Shown here in pieces: positions 1 to 10,043 of a stretch of 64,000 nt of DNA (its first letter is position 1; each line of letters starts with the position of its first letter). The DNA is from an uncultured Candidatus Saccharibacteria bacterium (GTDB taxonomy: Bacteria > Patescibacteriota > UBA1384 > GWA2-35-9 > CAYZGQ01). The position numbers and the translations under genes were made by a program. Under the pieces are notes generated by a model. The model did no database searches and had not been told where the DNA came from. It saw only the letters and a list, made by a program, of their open reading frames with translations. The stretch is from contig CAYZGQ010000001.1 in the NCBI GenBank assembly GCA_964478135.1, positions 3,365-67,364 on the forward strand, in the 5' to 3' direction.

Positions 1-2
1 GA

Positions 3-314
3 AATCTTATCCGGCGCGAGATCGAGCTTGAGCCGGTCGATAAAATCATCCTTATTGGCACGAAAGTCGTTGTCCTGGGACAAGGCAAGGCGACCTGGTT
101 TTCGGCCCCACAATCGAGCGCCGCCCACAACAGTTTGCCTGTTGGGACTAAGGTTAAGGTGGTCAATTTGGCCAACAGCCAAGCGGTGATAGTGACCGTG
201 ATTGGGGCGGGTATTCGCGGTCCGGCTGTGATTGATCTCTCGCCCGACGCCTTTGCGGTCCTGGCGCCTCTTATCACAGGGGTGATTAACGTTAGGCTTG
301 AGAAAGCGTCATGA
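3..314 (+). CDS. RlpA-like (DPBB domain) lytic transglycosylase, C-terminal fragment (5'-partial at window edge)
   Basis: Frame-3 translation: ...HNSLPVGTKVKVVNLANSQAVIVTVIGAGIRGPAVIDLSPDAFAVLA... matches the RlpA double-psi beta-barrel consensus. The stop TGA at 312-314 overlaps the rsmA ATG. Confidence 0.5.
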   Translation, partial: NLIRREIELEPVDKIILIGTKVVVLGQGKATWFSAPQSSAAHNSLPVGTKVKVVNLANSQAVIVTVIGAGIRGPAVIDLSPDAFAVLAPLITGVINVRLEKAS

Positions 315-1165
315 ACGATCTTCAAGACCAGTTAATCTTGGAACTCAAGCGATACGCGGTTAAGCCCAACAAGAGGCTGGGTCAGTTTTTTGTGATTGAT
401 TCTCGAACAATCCAAACTATGGTTGAATTGGGACAGATTAGTCCAGCTGATACTGTTTTAGAAATTGGTCCGGGTTTTGGTGGGCTGACCCAAGCCCTCG
501 GACGCCAGGCGGCCCGAGGGCTTGTTGTGGCTCTGGAAAAAGATTTTAAACTGGTCACTATCTTGAGCGCCAAGTTTAAGAATTGGCACAATATCAAAAT
601 TGTCCATACCGACGCTCTGGCGTTTGAGTACTCGGTTTTGGTTCGACCATTCAAAGTTGTGGCTAATCTGCCTTATCAAATAACCTCACCGATAATCCGT
701 CGATTGATCGACGAATCGGCTCAACTGATGGTTCTCATGGTTCAAAAAGAAGTTGGACAGCGCATCAGCGCCAGGCCGGGCGATTCCAAGCGTGGGGTGT
801 TGACGATTATTATTGAACTCTTTGGTTTAGCCGAGCTGGTCCAGATCGTCCCACGGACCAGTTTTTTTCCGAAACCTGATGTTGAGGGGGCAATCATTCG
901 ACTAACGCCCAAGCGGGATCGGACCAGGAATGAAAGACAAAATAAGATCGTCATGCTCTTGGCTAAGGCGGGTTTTTCGGGCAAAAGGAGACAGATTCAC
1001 AATAGTTTGAGTGCGGGCTTGAGATTATCAAAAAGGACTGTCCTTGAACTCCTTAAGAGTGCTAAGATTAATCCAGGACAACGCGCTCAAGAGTTGTCAC
1101 TTAAGGACTGGCAGAGATTGGCGGTCGAATACTCAAGTTTAATTGCTTCCAAGCGCGCGCTTTAG
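311..1165 (+). CDS. rsmA: 16S rRNA (adenine1518/1519-N6)-dimethyltransferase KsgA/RsmA
   Basis: Motifs GQFFVID (the GQNFL box) and the SAM-binding EIGPGFGGLT. ATG start, length 284 aa. Confidence 0.9.
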   Translation: MNDLQDQLILELKRYAVKPNKRLGQFFVIDSRTIQTMVELGQISPADTVLEIGPGFGGLTQALGRQAARGLVVALEKDFKLVTILSAKFKNWHNIKIVHTDALAFEYSVLVRPFKVVANLPYQITSPIIRRLIDESAQLMVLMVQKEVGQRISARPGDSKRGVLTIIIELFGLAELVQIVPRTSFFPKPDVEGAIIRLTPKRDRTRNERQNKIVMLLAKAGFSGKRRQIHNSLSAGLRLSKRTVLELLKSAKINPGQRAQELSLKDWQRLAVEYSSLIASKRAL

Positions 1166-1178
1166 GGTTGGATATGAC

Positions 1179-1901
1179 ATGCTCTATATTGTCGCCACAC
1201 CCATCGGTAACTTAGAAGATATTACCCTTCGGGCCCTTAGAATACTCCAAGAGGCTGATTTGATTGTGGCGGAAGACACTCGTCGAGTCGCTAAATTGTT
1301 ACAGCGCCACGCTATCGCGACACCAACCCAGTCCTATCATCAGCACTCTGGGCCAGTCAAACTAGACTTTATTCTTAATCAACTCAAGCAGGGCCGTGTC
1401 ATTGCCCTGGTTAGTGATGCTGGGACCCCGGCCATTTCTGATCCTGGCGGCCAGCTTGTTGAGCTGGCCAGCCAAGCTGGAGTTGAAGTTTCTCCAATCC
1501 CTGGACCCTCGGCAGTTACAGCCGCTCTTTCGGTGTCTGGTTTTCCAGCCCAGCAATTTTTGTTTCTTGGTTACCTGCCCAAAAAGAAGGGTCGGGCGAC
1601 GATTCTGGCAAGCCTGAAAGATTACCTTGCCGGGATTAAGACCGTTGTCCTGTATGAATCACCCCAGCGTTTAGGCAGAACCCTTAGTGATCTCAAGCAG
1701 GGGTTGGGAGAGAATCAAGTTTGTATCGGTCGTGAAATGACCAAGCTGTACGAACAGATTTTTCGGGGAACGCTGACCCAGGCGATCGAGCACTTTAGTG
1801 GTGTCGTCAAGGGAGAGCTGACAATCGTGTTACACACTAACTCCAAGGTTCAAAGCTCAAATACCGGTTCAAGCTCAAGGCTTAAACCTTACAACAGTTG
1901 A
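1179..1901 (+). CDS. rsmI: 16S rRNA (cytidine1402-2'-O)-methyltransferase RsmI
   Basis: MLYIVATPIGNLEDITLRALRILQEADLIVAEDTRR is the typical RsmI (tetrapyrrole methylase fold) N-terminus. The ORF track begins at a TTG at 1143, inside rsmA. The ATG at 1179, just after the rsmA stop, is preferred. Confidence 0.85.
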   Translation: MLYIVATPIGNLEDITLRALRILQEADLIVAEDTRRVAKLLQRHAIATPTQSYHQHSGPVKLDFILNQLKQGRVIALVSDAGTPAISDPGGQLVELASQAGVEVSPIPGPSAVTAALSVSGFPAQQFLFLGYLPKKKGRATILASLKDYLAGIKTVVLYESPQRLGRTLSDLKQGLGENQVCIGREMTKLYEQIFRGTLTQAIEHFSGVVKGELTIVLHTNSKVQSSNTGSSSRLKPYNS

Positions 1902-1954
1902 GATTTATTAATTTAGGTTTGATTTGGAGTTTGTTACTTTGCTAAGTTAAGGCT

Positions 1955-2248
1955 ATGACCGACCGAAGTGATAAGTCTCAAGTTACCCTGCGCGTCTTTG
2001 GTCAAGTTACTGGGGTGAGTTTTCGCTACTACATCCTCCAGCAGGCCGAAAAGATTGGTCAGATTACTGGCTTTGTTCGCAACGAGTTCAACGGTTCGGT
2101 TTTGATTGTCGCCCAAGGGCCAAAAGAAAAACTAGAACGTCTTATTAAGTCGGCCAGACAGGGTTCTCGGTTGGCTCGAGTGACAAAGGTGGCGATTGAT
2201 TGGTCTGAACCCATAGATCGATTCGATAACTTCACACTAGGGCTCTAG
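1955..2248 (+). CDS. acyP: acylphosphatase
   Basis: 97 aa. Has the acylphosphatase signature VFGQVTGVSFRYY (V.G.VQGV.FR). Confidence 0.8.
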   Translation: MTDRSDKSQVTLRVFGQVTGVSFRYYILQQAEKIGQITGFVRNEFNGSVLIVAQGPKEKLERLIKSARQGSRLARVTKVAIDWSEPIDRFDNFTLGL

Positions 2249-2287
2249 GTCTTTACCAATTCGCGGTCGTTCAGGTATGATCAAGCT

Positions 2288-3706
2288 ATGACACAGCCCA
2301 CGCGGGTCTACATTACGACCTCGATTGCCTATGTTAACGCGCCGCCTCACATCGGTTACGCTCTAGAATTGATCCAGGCCGATGTTTTGGCCCGCTACTA
2401 CCGTCAAGAGGGAGCTGAAGTCTTTTTTCTCACCGGGACTGACGAGCATGGCCAGAAGAACTATCAAACAGCCAAGGCGGCTGGCCAAGATACTCAAACG
2501 TTTATCAATGCGATTGCCCCAAAATTCAAGGCTTTAACCAAGGCGTTGAACATTTCCAACGACGATTTTATCCGTACTTCGGATAAAAAACGCCATCATC
2601 CAACAGCCCAGAAATTTTGGCAGGCGCTTGATCGGGCAGGCGATTTGTATAAGAAGCGCTATCAGGGCCTGTACTGTGTCGGTCATGAGTCATTCATCCT
2701 CCAAAAGGAGCTGGTGACTGGTTTGTGTCCGGATCACAAGACCAGGCCAGAGTTGATTGACGAAGAAAATTATTTTTTCAGACTTTCCAGATACCAAGAC
2801 GAGCTCAAGCACCTGATCGAGAGCGATCGGATAAAAATTGTACCGGCCAATCGCAAGCACGAAAGCCTTAATTTTATCGATCAAGGTCTAAAAGACATTT
2901 CATTCTCTCGCTCCAAGAAAACTTTGCCTTGGGGTGTCGGAGTGCCCTCTGATCCAGATCAAGTTATGTACGTCTGGGCCGATGCCCTGACTAACTATCT
3001 TTCGGCAATCGGCTATCACGACAACAGGCATATCAAGTGGTGGAATCAAGCCGATCAGCGAGTCCATTTGATTGGCAAAGATATCGTTCGGTTTCACGCC
3101 CTATACTGGCCGGCCATGCTCTTATCAGCCAAACTGCCAGTTCCGACCAAGTTGCTGGTTCATGGTCACATCACAGTTGAGAACCAAAAGATGTCCAAGA
3201 GTCTGGGTAATGTGGTTGATCCATTTGAGTTGATTAAACCCTATGGAGTTGATCCAGCCCGCTACTTTCTGCTGCGCCAAATCCCCACGAGCGACGATGG
3301 CGATTTTTCATGGCAACACTTCCAAGAGCGTTACCGAAGCGATCTGGCCAATGATTTAGGCAACTTGCTTCAGCGCAGTCTAGTTTTGATCAAAAAACAC
3401 AAACTGGTTATTAAACCAAGTGTTAAACCCAGCCCTATCAAGGTCAACGATCTGATCGAGCGGTTTGATCTGGCCGGCGCGCTAGACTCAATTTGGAAAA
3501 TTGTAACCGAGGCCAACAAATACGTTGATCAACAAAAACCCTGGCAGTTTGAGTTAGGCGATTCACGAGCTCGGCAGGTTCTAACCAGTTTGTACCGCCG
3601 CCTTGAAACCGTCGCGGCTGATCTTAAACCACTCCTGCCTGACACGAGCGCCAATATGTTGGGCCAACTCAACTCGAAACAACCCGAGCCACTTTTCCCG
3701 CGCTAG
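2288..3706 (+). CDS. metG: methionyl-tRNA synthetase (short form, no C-terminal tRNA-binding extension)
   Basis: Class I HIGH motif (PHIGY) and KMSKS (KMSKSLGN). 472 aa. Confidence 0.9.
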   Translation: MTQPTRVYITTSIAYVNAPPHIGYALELIQADVLARYYRQEGAEVFFLTGTDEHGQKNYQTAKAAGQDTQTFINAIAPKFKALTKALNISNDDFIRTSDKKRHHPTAQKFWQALDRAGDLYKKRYQGLYCVGHESFILQKELVTGLCPDHKTRPELIDEENYFFRLSRYQDELKHLIESDRIKIVPANRKHESLNFIDQGLKDISFSRSKKTLPWGVGVPSDPDQVMYVWADALTNYLSAIGYHDNRHIKWWNQADQRVHLIGKDIVRFHALYWPAMLLSAKLPVPTKLLVHGHITVENQKMSKSLGNVVDPFELIKPYGVDPARYFLLRQIPTSDDGDFSWQHFQERYRSDLANDLGNLLQRSLVLIKKHKLVIKPSVKPSPIKVNDLIERFDLAGALDSIWKIVTEANKYVDQQKPWQFELGDSRARQVLTSLYRRLETVAADLKPLLPDTSANMLGQLNSKQPEPLFPR

Positions 3707-3707
3707 T

Positions 3708-4553
3708 ATGTTAGTCTTGATTATTGCTGGTCTAGCGGAAAGTTTTGGCACCATTTTGGAGAAGTATTCGCTCTCGAGGGTCAGGTTGAGCGTGTCGGAA
3801 CACTTGGTCGCCCTTCATACTGGTCTGGCCCTTGTCACAGTCTTGGTTTTACCGTGGTTTGGCTCGATTAATCTAGAATTGGCGATTCAGCCGGCTAACT
3901 TATTCAAGCTTGTTTTAGTCTTGGTCATTGCCGCTGGTTGGAATCTTGGTTATGCCAAGGCACTCAAGGCCGAGTCGCTGGACGAGTTTGAAGCGATTAT
4001 TTTAATCGCTCCTTTGGCAACTATTATTTTGTCAGCGCTTTTTTTGAACTCTGAACGTGATGGGCGGATCATTCTAGCCTCAAGTCTGTCGGTGGCTGCC
4101 TTATTCTGGGCCCATATCAAACGCCACCATCTTGTTTTCAAAAGATCGAGTCGTCTTTTATTTGGTGTGGTTGGGCTAATGGCGGTCGAGGTGGTACTTT
4201 TACGCCAGTTGCTTGACGTTTTTTCACCGGCCGTTTTATACGTTTTTAGAACCGGTTTTGTCGCGTTGATTATTTTTTCTTTCTTCCGGCCACGCCTTAA
4301 CCGAGCGATTAAACATTGGCCGGTCATTCTCGGGGCGACGATCCTATTCGTGGTATTTCGACTCATCCAGTACACCGCTTTTGTTAACCAGGGAGTCGTC
4401 TACAGCACTGGCGTGCTGGTTTTGTCACCGTTTTTGGTTCTTGTGGCCGATAATCTTATCTTGAAAGAGAAGATCCAACCCCGACAGTTACTCGCTATTT
4501 TCGTGATCGTTGCCTCGATTGTATACGCCACGGTCTCAAGCGGGCGATCTTGA
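3708..4553 (+). CDS. polytopic membrane protein, DMT/EamA-like permease (about 10 TM)
   Basis: Hydrophobic throughout with a two-fold repeat pattern. The ATG at 3708 (M36 of the track ORF) sits 1 nt after the metG stop. The upstream 105 nt overlaps metG and is probably not coding for this gene. Confidence 0.45.
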   Translation: MLVLIIAGLAESFGTILEKYSLSRVRLSVSEHLVALHTGLALVTVLVLPWFGSINLELAIQPANLFKLVLVLVIAAGWNLGYAKALKAESLDEFEAIILIAPLATIILSALFLNSERDGRIILASSLSVAALFWAHIKRHHLVFKRSSRLLFGVVGLMAVEVVLLRQLLDVFSPAVLYVFRTGFVALIIFSFFRPRLNRAIKHWPVILGATILFVVFRLIQYTAFVNQGVVYSTGVLVLSPFLVLVADNLILKEKIQPRQLLAIFVIVASIVYATVSSGRS

Positions 4554-4647
4554 TTATGACCACCAAACTGTTCTCTTTAGGACTACTTAGCGATATAATT
4601 CAGCCTTGGTCGATTAAGATTCAATTTTGAGTTATGAGTTTTGAATT

Positions 4648-5445
4648 ATGTTGATCGATAGCCATTGTCATTTGAATTTTAAAGCCTTTGAGGCGGATTG
4701 GCCGAGTGTTTTAGAGCGGTCCGTCCAAGCCGGAGTTGGGCTGATAGTTGTTTCGACCGATCTTAAAACCAGTCAAAAAGCGCTTGAAATTGCCCAAAAT
4801 CAAGATCGGGTTTGGGCGGCGGTTGGCTTTCACCCAATCCATGTTGTCGATCGAGACTGGCGGTCTGAAGTCAACCGTATTTTGGAATTGGTGAGACACC
4901 CTAAAGTGGTCGCACTTGGTGAGATTGGTTTTGATCGATTTGATCTTAAGCGCAGAAATATTCCCACAAGTGACTGGCCGAGTCTTATTGCAACCCAGTC
5001 CAGGATTGTTGATCTCTTTCTCGCCGAGTCAAAAGTATCTAAAAAGCCAATTATTTTTCACTCTCGCGAGGCCCAAGACCTAATCAGTCAAACAGTCACT
5101 AGCCACAAAGCCAATCGGAGCCAGAAGGAGTGGTTTGTGCAACACTGTTTTCCCGGACGACTCGAGGATGCCAGCCAGATTATTGCCTCTGGCGGACTGA
5201 TCTCATTTACCGGTTTGATTACCTATAATCATCAGTCGGACGAGGTGGTAAAACAACTGCCGCTTGAGAAAATAATGATCGAGACTGACTCGCCCTACTT
5301 GACGCCAGAGCCTTTCCGAGGCCAGCGCAATGAGCCGGGCTACGTCCGGGCGGTGGCCGATCGAATTGCTCAACTCAAAGGTCTTACATTTCAAGAGGTG
5401 GCTCGGACAACGACCGGCAACGCCGAACGATTCTTTGGGGTTTGA
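4648..5445 (+). CDS. tatD: TatD-family metal-dependent DNase/hydrolase
   Basis: N-terminal IDSHCHL motif and TatD-like length (265 aa). Confidence 0.85.
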   Translation: MLIDSHCHLNFKAFEADWPSVLERSVQAGVGLIVVSTDLKTSQKALEIAQNQDRVWAAVGFHPIHVVDRDWRSEVNRILELVRHPKVVALGEIGFDRFDLKRRNIPTSDWPSLIATQSRIVDLFLAESKVSKKPIIFHSREAQDLISQTVTSHKANRSQKEWFVQHCFPGRLEDASQIIASGGLISFTGLITYNHQSDEVVKQLPLEKIMIETDSPYLTPEPFRGQRNEPGYVRAVADRIAQLKGLTFQEVARTTTGNAERFFGV

Positions 5446-5479
5446 AATGGCATTGAATCGCCATAGTTAGATTTTCACA

Positions 5480-6697
5480 ATGACTACTTTGGGGTTTGAA
5501 ATGATTCGAAGAGAGTTTCCAATTTTTAAGACCAATCCAGACTTGGTTTATTTAGATAGCGCCAGTAGCGCCCAAAAGCCGAGCTTAGTGATTGAGGCGA
5601 TCGAAGAGTTCTACCAAAAGCGTTACGCTAATGTTCATCGAGGATTGTATCGTCTTAGCCAAGAGGCGAGTGAGCAGTTTGAACAGGCGCGAGTAAGGGT
5701 CGCGCGCTTTATTGGGGCCCAACCACAAGAGATTGTTTTTACATCCGGGGCAACCGAGTCAATCAACCTAGTTGCTCAGGGCAGTCTTAATTCTGGCCTT
5801 AAATCTGGACATAATATTGTCATAACTGAACTGGAGCACCACTCAAACATTGTGCCATGGCAGTTGCTGACCCGAACCAGGGGGATAGAGTTAAGATGGA
5901 TTAGCTATGATCATGCTCAAGGAGGGCTGAATCTTAAATTAGCCAAAACTTTGATTGATTCAGAGACTCATCTGGTAGCCATTACCGGAATGTCGAATGT
6001 TTTGGGAGTTAAACCGCCAGTCGCTCACCTGGCGACCTTGGCTCGGAGTAGGGGGGCTCGAGTTTTAGTTGACGCGACTCAATTAGTCGTCCACCAGAAG
6101 ATTGAACTATCAAAACTTGGTGTGGACTATCTTGTCTTCTCAAGTCATAAGCTTTACGGTCCGACCGGAACAGGCGTATTATGGGTTAACCCTAAACACC
6201 ACCAGTCGTTTGAGCCGGTCTTGACTGGTTCGCAGATAGTGAGCGCGGTTTCGAAAAAAGGTCCAACTTGGCGAGACTTTCCAGAGAAATTGGAGCCGGG
6301 CACGCCCAATATATCCGGCGTGGTCGGTTTGGCCAGGGCGATTGATTGGGTAGAAAAAACTCGGTTAAAGCACCAGGCGCTTGATCAAATGGAAGGTTTA
6401 CTGGCCCAAAAGGCGGCCCAAAGCCTGAAACAGATTCCTGGAGTCAGGGTCTTGAGTGATCATTCAAACTGTAATCCGATCTTGTCTTTCGTTTTTGAAC
6501 ATGTTCATCCTCATGATGTGGCTGAATATTTAGGCCAAAACTCGATCGCGATCCGGGCCGGTCATCACTGCGCCGAGCCTCTTCATCAGTCTCTTGGGTT
6601 CTTGGCAACCTGTCGGGTAAGTTTCGGTTACTACTCGAATCTAGATGATGTTAACCGATTGGTAAGATCATTAATTAAGTTGGCCCGATATGGTTAA
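5480..6697 (+). CDS. sufS: cysteine desulfurase (class V aminotransferase), SufS/CsdA-like
   Basis: The PLP-lysine motif FSSHKLYGPTGTG and an RAGHHCA region near the C-terminus. 405 aa. Confidence 0.85.
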   Translation: MTTLGFEMIRREFPIFKTNPDLVYLDSASSAQKPSLVIEAIEEFYQKRYANVHRGLYRLSQEASEQFEQARVRVARFIGAQPQEIVFTSGATESINLVAQGSLNSGLKSGHNIVITELEHHSNIVPWQLLTRTRGIELRWISYDHAQGGLNLKLAKTLIDSETHLVAITGMSNVLGVKPPVAHLATLARSRGARVLVDATQLVVHQKIELSKLGVDYLVFSSHKLYGPTGTGVLWVNPKHHQSFEPVLTGSQIVSAVSKKGPTWRDFPEKLEPGTPNISGVVGLARAIDWVEKTRLKHQALDQMEGLLAQKAAQSLKQIPGVRVLSDHSNCNPILSFVFEHVHPHDVAEYLGQNSIAIRAGHHCAEPLHQSLGFLATCRVSFGYYSNLDDVNRLVRSLIKLARYG

Positions 6698-7058
6698 TGA
6701 TTACTTTCGTATTCTAGAACAGGCGAGAGATCTTAAGTTCGCCCGCCGGCCCAAAGCTTTTGATCACAAGATTAAAGCTGAAAATCACGCCTGCGGCGAT
6801 TATGTCGATTTCTACCTCTCGCTTGATAAAAACAAGATCAAAGAGCTGGTCTTTTCAGCTAACGCCTGTGTTTTGGCAACCCTGGCCGCCAATGAGCTAT
6901 GCCGTATCTTAACCCATAAGCCGATCAGTCACATCAAGAATATCTCAGTCGATCTACTGGAAAAAAGGCTTGGCTCTAAGATTAGCTCATCCCGCAAGCA
7001 GTGCCTTAGACTGGGTTTGACCAGTCTGACCGAGGCTTTATTCAGCCAATCAAAATAG
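6690..7058 (+). CDS. sufU: SufU/IscU-like Fe-S cluster scaffold / sulfur acceptor
   Basis: Three conserved Cys in the SufU arrangement: ENHACGD, SANACVLATLAANELC and RKQCLRL. Overlaps sufS by 8 nt. Confidence 0.7.
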   Translation: MVNDYFRILEQARDLKFARRPKAFDHKIKAENHACGDYVDFYLSLDKNKIKELVFSANACVLATLAANELCRILTHKPISHIKNISVDLLEKRLGSKISSSRKQCLRLGLTSLTEALFSQSK

Positions 7059-7071
7059 TAAAATAAACACT

Positions 7072-8022
7072 ATGGTAACTTTTTTAGATCTAATCTTGTT
7101 TGTCTGGGTGGCGTTTTGGCTTTTTCAGGGCTGGCGTAAAGGCCTGTTCAGAACCGGGGCTGAATTAATTGGCTTAATTTTTACGATTGTCCTAGCCCTT
7201 CAGCTCGCCCGTCCGTTCTCTGTCTTAATAGCCGGCGTGGTTGATTCCGGTCTGGCCTACCCGATCAGCTTCTTATCTTTATGGCTAATTTTTCATTTAA
7301 TATGGCTGTTAATTATTAGGCTGGTTGAAACAAGCCTACCTCAAAAAGTTCTTGGGTCGGAAGTCAATAAAGTAGCCGGCAGTCTATTGGCTGGATTATA
7401 TGGAGTAACCGCAATCGGTCTTAGTCTTGCTATTATTTTAGCTTTGCCGGTTAATAACCGATTTAAATCAGTCATAACAGATAGTGCCGTGGCCTCTCAA
7501 CTGATCGGTCGAACCGCTCGATTAACCCGATTTTTGGAAAGCCAGATCCAACGGTCAGTTGGTCAGACCCTTAGCTACTTTACAGTTCGGCCTCTCTCGC
7601 AAAATAGCTACGAGATTAAACTTAAGCCCGGCCCCTTAACCGTTGATCTGTCAAGTCAAAAAAAGATGCTCGAACTTGTTAATTTGGAACGGCGCAAGGC
7701 CGGGCAAAGGGATCTTGAGCTGGATCAAGATCTGACTAGATTAGCCCAAGGTCAGGCCCAAGACATGTGGCTTAGGCGCTATTTTGGCCACGTCAATCCA
7801 GATGGTCAAGATCCGTTTGCCCGGATGGATAAAGCAAAAATCAGTTATCAAAGCGCGGGCGAAAATCTAGCCCTAGCCCCAAGCGTCGAACTGGCTCACC
7901 TTGGCTTAATGGATTCCTCCGGTCATCGAGCAAACATTCTAAACCCAGGTTTTGGCAGGGTTGGCATAGGAGTGGTTGATGGAGGGTTTGGCAAGATATT
8001 TGTCCAGGAATTCACCAATTAA
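7072..8022 (+). CDS. CvpA-family membrane domain fused to a CAP/SCP (YkwD-like) extracytoplasmic domain
   Basis: The N-terminal 4 TM segments resemble colicin V production protein. The C-terminal GHVNPDG...YQSAGENLA...SGHRANILNPGFGRVGIGVV matches the CAP/PR-1 consensus. Confidence 0.6.
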   Translation: MVTFLDLILFVWVAFWLFQGWRKGLFRTGAELIGLIFTIVLALQLARPFSVLIAGVVDSGLAYPISFLSLWLIFHLIWLLIIRLVETSLPQKVLGSEVNKVAGSLLAGLYGVTAIGLSLAIILALPVNNRFKSVITDSAVASQLIGRTARLTRFLESQIQRSVGQTLSYFTVRPLSQNSYEIKLKPGPLTVDLSSQKKMLELVNLERRKAGQRDLELDQDLTRLAQGQAQDMWLRRYFGHVNPDGQDPFARMDKAKISYQSAGENLALAPSVELAHLGLMDSSGHRANILNPGFGRVGIGVVDGGFGKIFVQEFTN

Positions 8023-8883
8023 ATGCGACTGCTTGAAGGCCAATCGGTTGCCGGGAAAATACTTTTAAATCTAAAAAGGCAGATTGTTCACGATCAGTTA
8101 AGCCCCTGTCTGGCGATCGTGCTGGTTGGGGCCGATCCGGCTAGTTTAAACTACATTAAACAGAAGCAAAAAGCGGCTGATTTTGTTGGTATCGCGACTA
8201 AACTCTATCAGTTAGACAGCCGAGCATCCTACTGGCAAGTGATCGCCTTGATCGATCAACTAAACAGGACGGATCGAGTCAACGGCATCCTGGTCCAGTT
8301 ACCCCTACCAAAAGCTATCAGTCCTGAAATAGTCGGAGTCTCAATTGACCGGATGAAAGATGTGGATGGCTTTCGATTCGAACTGTTCAAACCACCGGCC
8401 GCCTTAGCGATCATAGAGTTATTAAAAGAATACCAAATTGAAGTTAAAGGAAAAAAGATCGTTATCATCGGAAATGGCTTTTTGATCGGCCGGCCGTTTG
8501 CTAAGCTGTCTCGAGCCTTGGGCGCGCGGGTTGAAACAATCAACAGCCAAACCCCGCGGGCACGCCAACTTGCCAGATCGGCCCAGATACTGGTTAGCGC
8601 GACTGGCCAAGCCCGATTGATTGATCGCTCTTGGGTTAAACCGGGTCAGGTGGTTGTTGACGCCGGCGGGGGATATATTGATCAAAATAGGACTCCCAAG
8701 TTTGTCGGTGAGATTAATTTTGATCAGGTCGCTCCGATCGTTAACGCGATCAGTCCCAATCCGGCGGGAGTCGGTCCAATGACGGTCGCCATGCTTATGG
8801 CCAATGTAGTTAAAGCGGCCAAAATTCAGCAAGCTATGGCCAGCCAGTCAGATCGTAAATCAGTTCCTGGGAGACCGATCTAA
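8023..8883 (+). CDS. folD: bifunctional methylenetetrahydrofolate dehydrogenase/cyclohydrolase
   Basis: GILVQLPLP motif with an NAD(P) Rossmann region. 286 aa. Confidence 0.85.
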   Translation: MRLLEGQSVAGKILLNLKRQIVHDQLSPCLAIVLVGADPASLNYIKQKQKAADFVGIATKLYQLDSRASYWQVIALIDQLNRTDRVNGILVQLPLPKAISPEIVGVSIDRMKDVDGFRFELFKPPAALAIIELLKEYQIEVKGKKIVIIGNGFLIGRPFAKLSRALGARVETINSQTPRARQLARSAQILVSATGQARLIDRSWVKPGQVVVDAGGGYIDQNRTPKFVGEINFDQVAPIVNAISPNPAGVGPMTVAMLMANVVKAAKIQQAMASQSDRKSVPGRPI

Positions 8884-8927
8884 ATTTGTCTTCACTTCCA
8901 GTTGATTTAGTGACATACTGATCAATT

Positions 8928-10043
8928 ATGGCTGGAATTATCTCAACTAAAAAAGCTAAAAAGCCGAAAGTCCTGGTTGCTCTTTCTGGGGGGGTTGATA
9001 GCGCCGTAGCCGCGGCTCTTCTGATTAAGCAAGATTATCAAGTCGAGGCCGCTTTTATGAAGAACTATACCCATCCGATTAAGACCCGGGTTGGATTGGC
9101 TTGCCCGTGGCAGGACGATTTGGCCTGCGCCCGCGAGGTGGCAAAACAGCTTGGTATTCGCCTCCATATTTTTAATTTTGAACTGGCGTACTATGAGAAA
9201 GTAGTCAGAAATTTTTTTAATGAGTACGCGGCCGGCAATACTCCTAACCCAGATGCTTTGTGTAACCGAGAAATAAAGTTTGGGCTTTTTTTAAAGCAAG
9301 CCCGCCGATTAGATTTTCAAAAAGTAGCGACCGGTCATTACGCTCAAGTCAAAACAAAAGTTTCTGATCCAACCCAAACGAGATTTTTAAGAGGGGTTGA
9401 TCTGAATAAAGATCAATCTTATTTTATGGCTTTAGTCAGACCGGATCAGCTTGAGCGGGTTATACTGCCAATTGGCGCTATGATTAAGCCGCGAGTCCGT
9501 CAGTTAGCGAGAGAGTTTGGCCTACCCAACGCCAACCGCAAGGACAGTCAGGGCATTTGTTTTATTGGTCCGGTTAAAGTCAATCAATTCCTTCGATCTT
9601 ATTTACCGGTCAAAAAAGGCCAAGTTATGACAACTGATAATCAGGTTGTGGGTCAACACGACGGGGCTTGGTTTTACACGATCGGTCAGCGTCACGGTCT
9701 CGGTCTTGGGGCTGACTTGCCTTACTATGTTGTTGGAAAGTCTGTCAAAAATAACACCCTGACTGTTAGTCTTGGTCCGGAAGATAGCGCCCTGTATTCA
9801 AGAGAGTTTCGGGTCAGATCATTGAACATAATCGCCAGAGCCAGCTTTGATCGAGGTTCGATATCTTGTCAAGTTCAAACCCGGTATCGTCAGCAACCGA
9901 TCGCCGGAACAGTCTTCCCTCAAGGCGCAAAGCAGGCCAAGGTAATTCTTAAAGAGCCGATTCGAGCCGTGACTCCAGGACAAGTAGCGGTATTTTACAC
10001 TGATAACGAGGTTTTGGCCGGAGGGACTATCGTGCTAAAATGA
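8928..10043 (+). CDS. mnmA: tRNA-specific 2-thiouridylase MnmA
   Basis: PP-loop SGGVDSAV and the catalytic Cys region GICFIG. 371 aa. Confidence 0.85.
   Translation: MAGIISTKKAKKPKVLVALSGGVDSAVAAALLIKQDYQVEAAFMKNYTHPIKTRVGLACPWQDDLACAREVAKQLGIRLHIFNFELAYYEKVVRNFFNEYAAGNTPNPDALCNREIKFGLFLKQARRLDFQKVATGHYAQVKTKVSDPTQTRFLRGVDLNKDQSYFMALVRPDQLERVILPIGAMIKPRVRQLAREFGLPNANRKDSQGICFIGPVKVNQFLRSYLPVKKGQVMTTDNQVVGQHDGAWFYTIGQRHGLGLGADLPYYVVGKSVKNNTLTVSLGPEDSALYSREFRVRSLNIIARASFDRGSISCQVQTRYRQQPIAGTVFPQGAKQAKVILKEPIRAVTPGQVAVFYTDNEVLAGGTIVLK

Noticed and set aside
3603-3707. N-terminal 35 codons of the track ORF for the membrane protein, overlapping the 3' end of metG
   Set aside because: An in-frame ATG at 3708 lies immediately after the metG stop. 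The upstream extension is basic and non-hydrophobic and overlaps metG coding sequence, so the shorter gene model is preferred.
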